Positions 13,501 through 26,876 of a DNA stretch of 64,000 nucleotides are shown in pieces (positions within the stretch are counted from its first letter, which is position 1; every line of letters begins with the position of its first letter). The translations under genes and the position numbers were made by a program. Source of the stretch: Macrostomum lignano. Taxonomy: Eukaryota. The stretch lies in the NCBI GenBank assembly GCA_002269645.1, contig NIVC01002440.1, forward strand, positions 1-64,000, given 5' to 3'. Under the pieces are notes generated by a model. It was not told the origin of the DNA and made no database searches. It saw nothing but the letters and a program-made list of their open reading frames with translations.

Positions 13501-16500
13501 ATAAAATATGAAGCGATTTCGTCTTCATCACAAGCCGCACAAAGGTATTCGGCACAGCCGGCAGGAGCTCGCAGAAGAGGCCTTTGCCGAGCTCGTGGAG
13601 CGGAGACGAGCCACACCAATGCATAAAGAGCTGCTCGGAAGCGCAGATCAAAGGGAGGAAGGCGGCCCAGGAGGCTCAAAAAAGCAGGTGGAGAATCGCA
13701 GCAGAATAAGACTTTACTGCCTTGTTCGTTTTAGACAGACAGGACGCGAATATGAGACTTCAGTCTGCGGCAGCAGGCGGCCCTGCACTTTAGGCATGGA
13801 ATGGAACAATCGGCGAAAACGCAGAGTTACTGCGCTTGAGCAGGATGGGAATGCCTGCTCGCTAATGAAGCGGCTGACTCTCATTAGCTCAACAACTCTG
13901 TTTTCAGCTTTCAGCACAGATTTGAGTCAGCTTCTCTTACTCTCTTATTATCAGCGCATAGTCAGTCAGATAAGACAGCAGCAGCCATCTGCCTGCATTA
14001 TTCCCTGTGCAGTTGTCAGGGAGTTCACACTAGATAATACATACAGGGTGGAGAGAAGCAAACAGACCCGTCCGTCTACTAGAAGCAGATGGCAAGATGG
14101 AGCATAGTAACAGGCGATGCGTGCTCATTTGCATGATTAGTGGCTGCGATGTTGAGCTAAAGACGCGGGCGTTTCAAGAGATATATGATAATAAGTCTGG
14201 CCTGATTGACTGTCATATCTCTGTGCTATATAAAATGTATAAGGAATTATTGCATTCCAGCTGCAATTTTTAATGGAGTGTGCCATGACTGTGCTCACGA
14301 CTTCACGTATTAGTTTTAGGAGACTTGAAACAGATCCGGAACCTGTCACCCACATCGGTCCCCCGTCACCCTCAGCACTCCGTCCCCTTAGATCCTCCCG
14401 TCATCCACATCGGTATTCCTGTCAACTACATCGGCACTCCTGTCAACTACATCGGCACTCCTGTCATCTACATCGACACTCCTGTCACCCACATCGACAC
14501 TCCTGTCACCCACATCGGCACTCCTGTCACCCACATCGGCACTCCTGTCACCCACATCGACACTCCTGTCACCCACATCGGCACTCCTGTCACCCACATC
14601 GACACTCCTGTCACCCACATCGACACTCCTGTCACCCACATCGGCACTCCTGTCACCCACATCGGCACTCCTGTCACCCACATCGACACTCCTGTCACCC
14701 ACATCGACACTCCTGTCACCCACATCGACACTCCTGTCACCCACATCGACACTCCTGTCACAAACACCGACAACTGGTCACATAAATTTACTTTTGCAGT
14801 ATTTTTTTCAGACCGAATTGATGCAGCAAGTTGCGACCGACTCTGTCAGGATTCTGGGAAGCTCGCCAGTGACTTGAGCCTGAGCAGTTTAGCAGTTAGA
14901 ATCCCTGATTTCTCCCCATCTAACCCGTTCTTAGAAAACTCGAATCTCGAAAAAGGCACTTCTGGGAAGCCCTTCTCTTGTATGCCGCTCCCGCGGAAGC
15001 AGCAAAGTCTGCTTTTTTCATTCCACCTGCCGCCTTTCCCTTTAGGCTTTCGAAAACTGCCTATAGAAGCCTTGTATTCGAGTATCAAGGTTGGCTTTTT
15101 CAGCATCTTTGCTGACAGTCGCTCTGCTTTGTCGGAGAGGAAAACATCCCCCTAGTCTGCTTGTTTAGCTAATTTATTGTGTAGCGAAAATTTTGAAGAG
15201 AACCGCCTCAACTGAACGACAATGACAGGGCTTCGCTACACCGGAGCGAGCTCTGGGGTAAGATGAGATGCGACTTTGGAAATAAGTCAAAGGGGCATGA
15301 GACTGGGAAAGGAACAAAACAAAGTTGGAACTCAAAGTCAGTCCCTAGATTTGGTAGTCATTTCCTAGAAATGGCAGTGAGTTTCCTAGAAATGGCAGTG
15401 AGTTTCCTAGAAATGGCAGTGAGTTTCCTAGAAATGGCAGTGAGTTTCCTAGAAATGGCAGTGAGTTTCCTAGAAATGGCAGTGAGTTTCCTAGAAATGG
15501 CAGTGAGTTTCCTAAAAACGACAGTCAGTTTCCTAGAAACGGCAGTCAGTACTTAGAAATGACAAACCCAGCACTGAAAATGGCCCAGTCAGTCCGGCAG
15601 TTCATAGAAACCTCACACACCCGTTAGAAATGCAGTCAACAAATTCCTATAAATTTAACATAACAGTTTCTAGAAATGACACACTTGGCTCCTATAAATG
15701 ACACACTTTCAAAAAAGTACATTCGGTTCCTGAAATGGCACGCAGTCAGCTTGGGCGGACAAATCTGCAGAGCTCGAACAAAGTACACCTAGTTAAAAAG
15801 CATCAAAGCTCAAGAGCCAGGTGAAGACGGTCAATATGATGAAGACTGAAGCAGAGAGAAATCCGGAACTGCAGCCTCTCACCCAGCCGTTTAAAGTGCA
15901 AAGCTACAAAAAGCGATGGCACGGCCGCACACGGGAGCTGAGCTACAGGACGTGGGAGAAAGCGCATCCTTCTCTAGCCTGTGCTTGCCAATTCATGCTA
16001 TTTTAACAATAGGCCACCAAGGCTCAAATCGATAAGCGGCAGATCGGCGGAGGCTCTCCATTCTCCTTTAGTTAGAAGCTGAGCTAAAAATAGAATCAAA
16101 ACAGTCACGTGACAACGGAAGGATTTGGCAGCTTCTGCAAATTGAAGTGGCTGGAATTTGCAGCGATGGCGCACAAGTGAATTGAAGTGCAAAACACAAA
16201 ACTGACTGGGCGCTGGAGCATGGGTTTCAATGCGATATGCCTGTGCAAATATATATGCGCGCGGTACTACTTATTGAGTAGGATAACAGGCTTTGATTTT
16301 TTGGCACATAATACTTTAGTAAATATGTGAATACAAGCCGTGTGAATGTGTGATCACATTTGAATTGGCCTCAAATTAACAGGCAAACAGACAGACAAGG
16401 AAGTCATTAGACAGACAGACAAACAGATAAGACAGACGGACTGACAGACATACACTGAGACAGACAGACAAAGCAGATGCGGAGACAAAGCAGCAACCCC

Positions 16501-16867
16501 ATAAGCAAAACCGCGTGCCACGGCGGGCACAGCGGCCCAACCCAGCCCAGCGCACCTCTCTGTCGGACTCATCGGCGCAGCGGGCCCGGCGCACGGCGCA
16601 GAGAATTCGGGACCGGAGCCGCTGGTCGGTCACGCCCAGTTCGATGCGCAGCCGGTCGGCGGTGAGCTGGCGGAACTGCGACAGCGAGAACTCGGCCGGA
16701 AACAGGCCGGCGCAGTCGGACAGGCCGGCGCGCTGCAGGCACCGCCGGAGGGCCTCCTGGCCGCTGGTGGCTGCCGAGGACGCAGATGACGAGGCGGAGG
16801 CTACGCTGAGATTTCGAGGCCGAGGCCGGGACTCGGCGGCCTGCCGCTCGAATGGCTCATCGGTCAT
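752..16867 (-). CDS. Multi-exon SAM-domain protein, partial model. Exons: 16867-16556 (SAM), ~11990-11639, 4029-3757, 1892-1707, 1052-~900, possibly 840-752; 3' end probably outside window
   Basis: ATG 16867 opens MTDEPF...LRRCLQRAGLSDCAGLFPAEFSLSQFRQLTADRLRIELGVTDQRLRSRILCAVRR (SAM-like), ending at phase-0 donor GAG|GTGCGC. Further GC-rich exons end in CGG|GTGAGG (11639), CTG|GTATGA (3757) and CCG|GTAATT (1707). Acceptor ctcctctccag|TTC at 1052 joins in phase. Some acceptors unresolved; linkage of all exons into one gene is inferred. Confidence 0.6.
1527..1622. repeat. (GACA)n microsatellite
   Basis: Direct reading. Confidence 0.95.
3130..3460. repeat. 18-20-bp minisatellite (gcag[ag]tcacacagaggctg)
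   Basis: Tandem copies with length variants; accounts for ORF 3054-3623. Confidence 0.93.
8440..9030. repeat. 29-bp minisatellite (aactcacaagaatcccacctatcctaccc)
   Basis: Tandem copies that degenerate rightwards; accounts for ORF 8424-9002. Confidence 0.95.
14345..14770. repeat. 21-bp minisatellite (cacatcg[g/a]cactcctgtcacc)
   Basis: Tandem copies; unit is a multiple of 3, giving spurious ORFs on both strands. Confidence 0.96.
15355..15560. repeat. 21-bp minisatellite (tttcctagaaatggcagtgag)
   Basis: ~9 tandem copies, with degenerate copies to ~15740. Confidence 0.94.
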
Positions 16868-17339
16868 TTGGTAGCGAGTGGCATGCCTCTTGATTGCTGC
16901 GGGATAATTTGCACATTTAGCTACTTGCAGTAGTGCTCTACACATTTTGCAATAAAAATCTCAATTCACTGAAAACTAAATAAAAAACCTAAGAAGGCTT
17001 TTCTGGCTACACTTTACCTTAGCTGGCTGGACATTTCAGGAATTAAGATTCTAATTTTTGTTAGGATCCATTTCTAATACATACAGAAAGTTGCAAAAAT
17101 GCCCATCTGAAAAAATAGACATTAAATAGTGGTAATTGTAGCACAGGGTACTGGTTTTAATGGTGAAAGTTTAAAAAAATTGATTGAGCTATTTTTTCTT
17201 AAATCAATTATATAGATACTTTTTAGATAGATACTGACAAACTATTTTTGTATATAGGAAAAATCAAGACCTTAAGAGAAGCAATTTTACCTTATGTATA
17301 ATTGCAGCTTTAACCATATAATTTATCTTTAAATTATAA

Positions 17340-17460
17340 AACTACTAGCCAACCCAGCCAATTTAGATGGCATAAGTCTCATGAAAATCGGTTCAGCCAT
17401 TCAGGAGATAATCAACTGCATACAAGCAAGATTTTCATTTTTAGTATATGGAAATTGTGG
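17340..17460 (+). mobile_element. Possible Helitron/Helentron-type terminal fragment
   Basis: catgaaaatcggttcagccattcaggag...ttttttagtatatg resembles ends of non-autonomous rolling-circle elements; similar string at ~61020-61075. Resemblance only. Confidence 0.3.
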
Positions 17461-18328
17461 CAGACTAAGAGAGGTTGCAAAATCTAGTTTTGACATTTTT
17501 TAGAACAAATTCAAAACTTAGTCTTTTTAAAAGTGTATTATAAAAATCAGACTTAAATTTGCTTAAATATTAAAGAGAACAAGAAGCTTAAAATTAAAAT
17601 TAATTTTCTATAGCAATGCATTATTTTGGTCTGCATTCCCATTAACTTGTTTTGCATCATTGATAGGGAAACCCTGATTTTATGCTTGGTATCTTGTGAG
17701 TATAGTTTAGGTGCAGTCTTAGTCTCATAAGCTATTTTTTAGGCTTAAGCCTAATTTATAAGAGAAATTGCACTTTGAGCCTTAAAATTGAATATTGAAA
17801 TTGGGGTGCAATTTTGTACCTTGTCTCTTGCAAACAAACTGAATATATATGATAATCTTTCACATTTTCTTTCCTGTTATTATGTTTATATGATAAAACC
17901 ATATTCTAATTTTTGTAATGTAATAGGCCTATACTCTTATTTTTATTCATTTTTTTTACCTAGAACCTACCCAATTGTTTAATTTATATTATTGTATCAT
18001 TTTCACTTTTGTAACTCAGTCAATAAACTGCTTGAAAATGGTATAAGTAGACCAAAATGTGTCACTATAAGTATAAAAACTATATAATGTTGAATTTGTT
18101 GATTTTGAGTTTCCAAGATTATAGTTTTAAAACTAAAACATAGGAATATCAATTATATAAAACTTGTGATTTTTCTTAAAACTATAAAAGTAGCATGGTT
18201 AGTATAATTTTAAAAGTTGCACATATATGTCCATAAAGCATAAACAGTTTTTCTATGATTCAGGACCCTATAAATATTAATAACAAAAAACTCTTGGCCC
18301 ATTTTACTAAAGCCTTAGTATTAAATAA

Positions 18329-19899
18329 GGTTTCCATGCATTTTGGTGCCTGTGCTTTTTGGTGCCAGGCATTTCAGTGCCCCAGTTTGCTTTTTGGTGC
18401 CCTAGTTTGCTTTTCGGTGCCAAACTTGAATATGACACCAAATCAGTAATTGATAAGTTATATTAAGATATAAGGTATTATTTTCTCTGAAATCTAAAAT
18501 AGCACAAAGCAGCTGCAAATTGTAATTATAATAACTGGGTATAAGGCATGCATAGAGGTAGTCATTTTGTTTTTGTCTCCATTATGTTGATCAATACCAT
18601 ACAAATCTACATGTACATTGGGTGCATAAGAAAAATGACAAGTATGGGCATTCACTTAATACATTATGTACTTACTCATCAGGGTTACTTCTGATAAAAT
18701 TGACAGATGGCACTGGATGCAAAAGAGTACGTCAGCACTAATTCACTTAGCTGGATGTACAGAGAGGAGAGAGAGTCCTATGCATCTACATTATAATAGG
18801 CCTATCTGCATGTCTGTTCTAATATAGGCTTGTGTGATTCCTGATTAGTTATACTAAGTTTAATTATACAGATACTAGCTATATATGTATAATGAATAAC
18901 AACTGCGTTGAGTGCCACAGAGAAGTTTGTCCTTGACAAGAGGGTTTGCAGTGCGACAAGTGTCAACTGTGGCAGCACAGAATTTGTAAGACTGATATAA
19001 GTTGCGTGCGCTACAGGCAGCTGAAATTGCTTGACCATTTTGAGTGGTCATGCAATGCAACTATCGGTGAAGCTGCTGATGCCAATGAAGCTGCCAATGC
19101 CAATGAAGGTGCTGCTGAAACCGCTGATGAAGCTGCCGATGCCGATGAAGCTGCCGATGAAGCTGCTGATGAAGGTGCTAGTGAAATCACTGATGCTGCT
19201 GATGCTGATGAAGCTGCCGATGCCGATGAAAGCTTCAAGCTTATCTTACAAGGGAGCATAAGAGGTGGAAATTTGATTGTGTCGTCAAGGTAAGTTTGGA
19301 AATTATTTAATTGAATTGGATGTTCCAACATGCAACTGTACATGTGTACATGTACTGCTTGCTCCTGATATTCATTTTAGAGGCTACAGCTATGGCTTTC
19401 ATCAAAATAGAGGAGGGAATATTCACAATGCTTGGGGTCAGCTAGACGACAAGTTAATCACACCTACCCAACTTTTAGCTATCTGCAGTTGCTTTGTGGG
19501 ATATTAACCAATACGACAATTTCATTCGATCAGCAATGATTTTAGCAGTTCTTTTAGGAATTTTATGACTTAATTTTATCATTACAATATGTTTGTTACG
19601 ATATCAATTAGTGGACGATATGTTATTCAACTTAAATTGTCCTTCTTTGTGATCATTATATGTGTTTTTCAAATCAATCCTCGATTTGTTCTTTAAAACA
19701 AATTCATTGAAAAAAAATTAATTTGGAAGACAAAAAATAAACTTGTTCAGTTATTTGTAATTGCCTTCGATTGAATCTAGAATAACATGATTGACTTTTA
19801 GCTTCATTCCATGTATTTGTTAAGCTGGGACCGAAAAGCAAACTGGGGTACCAAAATGCCTGGTACCGAAAAGCACAGGCACCAAAAAGTGTGGATACC
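18329..19899 (+). mobile_element. Non-autonomous Mutator-like (MULE) DNA transposon with sub-repeated TIRs and 8-bp TSD
   Basis: Left end GGTTTCCATGCATTTTGGTGCCTGTGCTTTTTGGTGCCAGGC is inverted to right end ...AAAGCACAGGCACCAAAAAGTGTGGATACC. TTAAATAA lies on both flanks (18321-18328, 19900-19907). Internal PHD remnant. Confidence 0.85.
18892..19290 (+). pseudogene. PHD finger + acidic Ala-rich linker + start of FLYWCH-like motif (MULE transposase N-terminus)
   Basis: MNNNCVECHREVCP*QEGLQCDKCQLWQHRICKTDIS...FEWSC has PHD-like Cys/His spacing with one in-frame TGA. It continues FKLILQGSIRGGNLIVSS to donor AG|GTAAGT; no DDE domain follows. Confidence 0.75.
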
Positions 19900-21409
19900 T
19901 TAAATAAATACCAATAATAGTTAACAATACCAAACTAATATTGTATTATTGCTTGCTACAAAATTAAACTAGTAAGTAGAAAACAAATATTACAAATGTA
20001 TTTACCACTTAAGCAACTTTGTCTCTTTTAAGCTAGGGGCCTTAACATATACTGGCATGTTAGCATATATGTTCAACCTCTGAAATTACATTGGCTTGGC
20101 TATGCAACTAGTTTTGGCTAAAAATATAATTTTGTTTTAATACTTATCTAAAAAGTAAAGTCTAATTTATCACAAAATAATATAAAAAATAAAATATCAT
20201 AAAAGTGACACCTATAAATTGCAATATACCTAATATACCATTGGTCTATCATAATTTACACTAAATAGATTCACCACTAGGTTGGCTAAGGATTGCCAAT
20301 GTACTTTCATGTTTGGGTGCAACCTAGGGTCTAGGGATTTACCCTAGGCCTAAGTATTGGCAACATAGACATAGTAGGCCTACACACACATAAGTTGCTA
20401 CTGGACAAAATAGTAGCCTAGGGCCTAGTTACGTGATTGCTCTCAGCCAAGCCTAGGGCCTAGTTACATGATTGCTCTCAGCCAAGCCTAGGGCCTACTC
20501 CTAAAAGAGGTAAAATTTTATCCAAGACTAGAAGTAAAAGTAAAGTGATATTATTGATTTATTACTTATTAGGACATACTCCAGTTATTTAATCGCCTTG
20601 AGTTGAGTTACCGAATGTATTATTGCCATTAAAATTTAAATTAGGCCTAACTTAAATTAATTATTTTTATTACCGATTCAAAATTCACATCAATTTACAA
20701 TAATTACATTACATATTACATGTCATTGACATTAGGCCCATGTCTAGCCTAGGCTAATCACAATGCTAGCCTAAAGTAAAGAGTAAAATTACATTTTGGT
20801 GTACCCCTAGTACAGGTAGTTCTATTATGCATGGTCAATAAAACTTTATCAATTATCTTTATTATTTATCAAATCGAGCGAGCATACACATATTGTATCA
20901 TTCTATAATCTCGGATTTATGTTCACGCGGGCCCCTTCGGCTCGCCCACATGGGTCACGTTAGCATTTAAAATTATCTCAAAAGTATAACAAAAGTATAC
21001 ACTTTACAAAAGCATTTTGCCTCTGAATTTTGAGCTTTTTTCTGCATATTTCTTTCTCGAGGCTGTAGGTTAACATGTTTTTTAGTTATGTATAGTTGCA
21101 AAAAGGTCAAATAAGTGATTGATTGCCTGATTGGTGATTATGTTGCCTTTTTGCCGGGTTTTTCGCCGAAATTACAGATACGTCTCTCAGTTCGTGACAG
21201 TCAATTCGGTGACAGTCCGAATCATGGCAGGCGTAAGCCAGAAAGAAAACTAAACAAGTAAAATTAAAATTATATTAAAAAATAACGCCGAGATCGTAAG
21301 TTGCTTGTAGGCCAACTCCTTAACTTAGTTGCAAGTTGCATAATACTTTCACTTTAACTTTCATTTATTTTAAAAGCTTTCGTTGATCCTAATTTAGCTA
21401 AACAGATGT

Positions 21410-23835
21410 ATGGCCATGTACATATAGCCAGCGGCCAACGGGGGCTCGCAGAGAACCCCGGGGAATCGCTGGACATCATGCTCAACAGCTCTTTCCCACG
21501 TGCCGCACCGCAGCTAGACCCACCGGACGACTCTCTCGGTGGACAGATCCTAGCTGGCTTCGAGCTCTTCGACCATCGTTACCAGAAAGAGGACGGCTCG
21601 CGCCGCAAAATGTTTTTCTCCCTTCAAGTAACCGGACCTGACAACATTTATCCTGCCTTCCTCCTTGAGGCAGTTAGAAATGACAGCTACATGTAGGTTT
21701 TTCGGCCTCCTCGCAACCTCTTCAAGGGCAGCATTAACCCTCGGGTACGTGCTAAAGCCTGGAAATAGGCCACCGTAGCCTTCGTATTCAAACCAGGGAA
21801 GGGAGACTATCACTGCCAAAGCTTACCGCTCCATCAGTCTAACGTCTTCTTCCTCAAACTGACTCAAGCTGGTGCTCTGGCGTCTCCTCCTCGTGGAGCT
21901 GAGGGACTCCCCGCGCGCTCTCCCCCCAACCAACACGCCTTTTGTCCTGGACGCCATTGTCGACAAACGCGCCGTGCTTGGCGGTGGATAGGCGCTCTCG
22001 CTTTTCCTTGAAATTGATGGTACACTTTTAATATCGTATAATGTGCTCTTTAAAGCCTTTAAAGGAATCCCATGGCACGCACGAGCATGCACCATACTCG
22101 CTTGATCATGTACATGTTCTCCCATCGGACTGCCACCTCGTACCTCCTGGGACACTCCCGCTCTGTGGAGGTCCAGAAAAGGCGGACCGCAAGGTGGAGT
22201 CCTCTGAAACTTGGTCTTGGACGAGCTGCTCTGCAGTCTGCATCCGGACCCAGTTCAAAAGGTCGACAATGCGGACGATTTTACGGCCACTATGGCTGGA
22301 TCATCATCCGCGGTCCTCAGAGACCTCCTCCAAGCCTTCATCCACCATGCCGAGCGCTGAGCACACAGCTGCGGTCTCAGCTGTTCTCTGAGTCTAAAAC
22401 CGTGGCTATCATGCTCACCAGCCGAAACTGGAGGATCGAACCGCTCTCCCTCTTTGGCAGACCCGTTGCCATGAGAAAAAACCAGATGTCTATAAGCGCC
22501 ACCCTCGACCACAGTTTGAGCTGGACCCCACACGTCCAAACCAAAGCCCGCAAAGCTCTCGCGACTCTCGCGCAGATCCGCAGAGTTTTCGGCGCTACCT
22601 GAGGCCTCACCCCTAGCCGCCTCTGCTGGATTTACACTGCCATCGTGTGATGGGCGCCATCTCCTTCGTCGGATTCATCTGGACCAGTGCCCTAGAGGTG
22701 AAAGGGATTCTTAAAGCTCTTAACAGGGTGCAAGGCCGCGCTTGTCGAGCTATCATGAGCGAGGCCCCCTCTATGCCTTTTGCTGGCTCTCCTTCCTGGA
22801 CTTCCCCCTTGACCTCTTTGTCAGAGGGGAGGCAATGAAGGCCACCCGCCGTCTGCTTGACGCGGGTGTCCCCATCCAGAAGCAGTTTGAAGCAAAGGAA
22901 CAACTGAAAACCCCATGAAATCTACTGCTTCAATGATGGGTTCCAAATCAACTCCGCCTCTGGCTACGCCACTGAATCGTGTCTGGATCAAGGGAGAACC
23001 ATGTCGAGCTTCTCCCAGCACACCGGCACCTGCTCCATAGTCTTCCAGAACGAAGTTTTCGCCATCAGCTCCTGCTCCATTGAGCTGTACAACCAGCGCC
23101 TCTGGGGAAAGGAGATTACTCTCCACTCGGACAGTCGAGCGGCGATCCACGCCCTTGAGCGCACCACCACCTGCTCACGTACAGTTTTCGACTGCATTCG
23201 GCAGCTCAATCGCTTTGGTGCCTTTAACAAGGTGTTCCTACTTGGTGGATTCCCGGACACTCGGGCCACCCCGGTAACGAGTTGGCCGATCGCCTGGTCA
23301 AGACTGGTTCGACGTTCTTTTTGGCTTTGCTTCTTTTGGCTCGATCGGCCGCGTCACCACTCGGATCAACCAGTGGGTGGCTTCAAAGCACAGGGAGAGG
23401 TGCATGGGCTAACGCACCCGACTGCCGGCAATCCTGCGCTGCTGTCCCCTGTCTTTCCTCCGCCCTGCGCAGGGCCCTGGTTGGACTCAACCGCAAGGCC
23501 ATCAGGGCGGTGACTTTGGCCCTCTTAGGTCATGGCTGTTTTGCCAGGCATCGCCACCTTGAGGGAAAAATCCGTAGTGACGAATGCCCATTGTCGAGAA
23601 AATGTCGACGTTTTCAGGCCCGAGAACCTCTGCCAGCTCGTCCGCTACCCAAGGGCTACCGTTCGAGCGACCATCCACCTGAACTCTCCGAAGGAGGACC
23701 GCGCTGCGGACACCAGCACCACCGGATCTTCCCTGCGCGACACCGCGGCACTAAAAGAAAGGTTGCCAGGGGTTAGCAAAATGGGCGGCAACGCCTCTTC
23801 GATGCACGGAGCCCCCTGCAGCTAAGTCAAGTAAA
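21410..23835 (+). mobile_element. Decayed 5'-truncated non-LTR retrotransposon with RT and RNase H (R1/LOA/I-group-like)
   Basis: Across stops and frameshifts: TGPDNIYPAFL, WK*ATVAFVFKPGKG, GGPQGGVL*NLVLDELL, NADDF (RT); VFQNEVFAI, ITLHSDSRAAIHAL and a ...LADRLVKTG segment (RNase H). Confidence 0.9.
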
Positions 23836-25439
23836 AGCGTTAAGATTAAATCACAATTTAAAAAATTAGAAAATAACAAATAGTGAATCGATCTAAAAGC
23901 AGAGGGTAAAATCCGGATAATAAATACGGAGGCAATAGTAATTCATGCATTTGTTTTTCATTAAAATATTAAGATTTGATGTTAAAATAAGAAACAAGCC
24001 TCTCATATTATGTCGGCTAGGCATGGGGGCCGTTTGGTCGTTTGGCCGCAGTGGCTGGGCCGGGTAAAATACCAGCACCCACTTGTGCCAGCTTGCCAAT
24101 GAACAATAGTTCTGACAAGCGTATCTGCGAAAAAAGTAGACTAATCTGTTGCTGGGAGTCAGTGGATGAAGTAACTCAAGGCCTTATTTATTTTCTACTC
24201 GTACTTAGAATGGAAGCACTTAACATGAAATTGCTGTTGTCGATCTACCGCGTAAAATAAAAGAACACATTCAGATCGTTTAAATGCATGTACGCGGCGC
24301 TATGGTGGCCCTGGCCATGATTTCATCCCGATAAAATGCTTTCCAGTGTCTCCAGATGTTGCAAGAGGACTTTGACGAGTTCTCACTCACAGGGACTCGC
24401 AAGGACCTTAACGTGTGGTCACTGGGCCCCAAGATCTGCTTCTGATTCATACACGCAATTCTCATAGTTGAGCATACTAATTGAAGTGAACTGCTGATTG
24501 GCAAAATTGTTACTGGATTTAAGACTGAAGAGAAGCCGGAAAAAAGTCGCTCTTGTTAGCCGGTGCTGGCCAAGCTGTCCCCAGCTACTAATTTACGTTG
24601 TCAACAATTTCGATGCACTGGCCGCGCATGGCAACTGTTTTAAGCCAGCATCTATATGTGAGTCTCAGCTATGCGTCGATAAATATCTGCCTGCATAAAA
24701 AGAATCAATCAACTGGGATCAAACTGGGATTAAATGGGCAGGAGGGGGAATCTGCATGGCCCATCGTCAAGCTTAAGCGCCTCAGCGGAACGCTGCAGGC
24801 TCCCCAAATCCCACAGCAGTTGTCTCTAGAGGCGGATATAGAAACTTCATCCTGCTACGGATGGTAGATATTGGCATGAATTATTAAAGAGGCTGATGTG
24901 GAGCCCATGCAAAAATTGCTCCATCAAAATTTGAGTTGTTTTTCAACCTCCGCACAGCTACAAGATAATTCCTGCGAACTAAAACGACAAAAATTGCTGC
25001 ATTGCTGCAGACCAAAGTGAGGCTGCATTATGAGGCTGGGAGAGCTAGATGAAGTCAATCCATTTGGAGATTGGAAGAATGGAGAAAAAATATTTTTAAT
25101 CCAACTTTTTGCTTATCTCACGCTCGCAAACAAATGATCCTGAATAAGTTTAATGTGTAATTATCAGCACAATAAAAAATTTCGATTCAGGTGCACCTGC
25201 AACCGGAGGTGATTTGGGTAAGGGGTAACAGTCAGCTGCTGTCAATATGCAAATATGCAGCGATGTTTCCTCATATTTGGGCTGTATTTTTGTGCTTTAT
25301 GCTGACCCATGAGAAAACGCAGGGCTTCAGAAAAAAGGATCGATTTCTGTTTGCCAGAAACACGAGCTAAACTGCGTGGAGTCCATTTGATAAAATCAAT
25401 TTATCTAGTCAAAAATATATTTGGTTTAGATGATATAAG

Positions 25440-25612
25440 TTCAAGGAACACGGCTACAGGTACAAGATATAAATTCAAGGAACACGGCTACAGGTACAAG
25501 ATATAAATTCAAGTTACACGGCTACAGGTACAAGATATAAATTCAAGTTACACGGCTACAGGTACAAGATATAAATTCAAGGAGCACGGCTACAGGTACA
25601 AGATTCAAGGGA
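25440..25612. repeat. 34-bp minisatellite, ~5 copies
   Basis: Unit ttcaaggaacacggctacaggtacaagatataaa. Confidence 0.92.
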
Positions 25613-26138
25613 AACAGCCAAGGTTATCTGCTCGAAGTGGGAGGTGAAATTAAATCTCAGATCCAACCGGTTTGTAGCCACAAGAGCAGATAAAAAATTA
25701 ATTACAACAAGTACTGTAGTTCTCACTGCATCCATAAAAAAATAGCCAAGAATACAAGCGTCAAGTCGCATTCTAACTTCATTGAAGTGGAGGAAAATCT
25801 GCCAGAGAATTTGGCGATTTGTGAATTCTTAGAAAAGAGAAGCTGTCATTCTGTTTGAAAAGCCAGAGGCAAATTCGTTTCAGGCTCGGTGGCAGCCATG
25901 TGGCAGCTAAGGAGATCAACCGAGAGTGACAGTTGTGAAGAACTCAGAACACAGCTCAGAACACAGCGAAACCTGTGAAAAATGGCAAAAGTCAAAAGAA
26001 ATTTCGGAAATCGAAATATTTAAAACTCATTTTAAGCGAAAAATCGGGGGTTAAAAAACTGGTTTAACCAGTTCTTAGGGTCCGTTTCCAAAATGTGGCT
26101 TCTGACATTTTCAACAGAGACGGTGTGCGACAACAGAC

Positions 26139-26876
26139 TCAGTCGAAAGGCGATACGCATTCACAAAGGGCGCCAAAGAGACCCATATCGGTGATGTCCA
26201 CTACGTCTGTTACGGTCGGGTATCGAGCGGTGGCCATTTCGCTAAATCCACTCGGTTCACCAGTTCCCCACACAGAGCCGATCGTGATGTTGCAGCCGAC
26301 CCAGAACCAGCCATCTGTCACCTGGGCTCCCGGAAACACCCGGTAGCCGCCCAGGTACATGGGATGGGTGGGGGAGCGAGCGACAAACAGGGCATTCACG
26401 TGGCTCAGCTCAGCTGCGTCAGCGACATCGGCCATGATCACCAGGCCCGGCTCCGACTCGCACCTTCCTCTCAGAACCGCCCAAGTTGCGTTGTTCTTCA
26501 GCACCCGGTACTTCACTCCGCACAGCTCGTCGCCGTAGCCCACAGGACACAGCGAGCCCGCCGAGAGTCCCGGCTGCCGCTTCACGAACAGGCGGCCTCT
26601 CCTGGAGCAGCTGCAGTCCCTCACCGACTTGCTGCACCTGTCGAACACGAACAGCTGGCACAGACCGTCGGCGGTGGTGAAGGCCTGGCAGCGCTGATCG
26701 GAGCCGCAATGCAGAGAGCACGACAGGTCCGATGTGATGCCGCTCAGGTTGCGGGTGAAGGCGCTGCGGATGCAGAGGGAGCCATTGGTGAGTTGTCTGA
26801 AGCACTGCTCAATCTCTTGAGCAGCAATGAGACAGACAGAGAGACTGCAAAGAATAAGGCCGGCCTTCGCATTCAT
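26139..26876 (-). CDS. Secreted PAN/apple + C-type lectin domain protein, single exon, 245 aa
   Basis: Signal peptide MNAKAGLILCSLSVCLIAA; PAN-like CSLHCGSDQRCQAF; CTLD hallmarks CPVGY, ATWAVLRGRCES, MYLGG, WFWVG, WGTGEPS, ALCE. Confidence 0.88.
   Translation of the reverse strand: MNAKAGLILCSLSVCLIAAQEIEQCFRQLTNGSLCIRSAFTRNLSGITSDLSCSLHCGSDQRCQAFTTADGLCQLFVFDRCSKSVRDCSCSRRGRLFVKRQPGLSAGSLCPVGYGDELCGVKYRVLKNNATWAVLRGRCESEPGLVIMADVADAAELSHVNALFVARSPTHPMYLGGYRVFPGAQVTDGWFWVGCNITIGSVWGTGEPSGFSEMATARYPTVTDVVDITDMGLFGALCECVSPFD

Noticed and set aside
13430-13680. Possible extra exon of the SAM gene (LFMHWCGSSPLHELG...) after a pyrimidine-rich acceptor
   Set aside because: Several frames are open on both strands, there is no strong donor and no recognisable motif; left unresolved.
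14273-15155. His-rich and TPVTHI repeat ORFs
   Set aside because: 21-bp minisatellite open in several frames on both strands; no splice or codon support for a protein.
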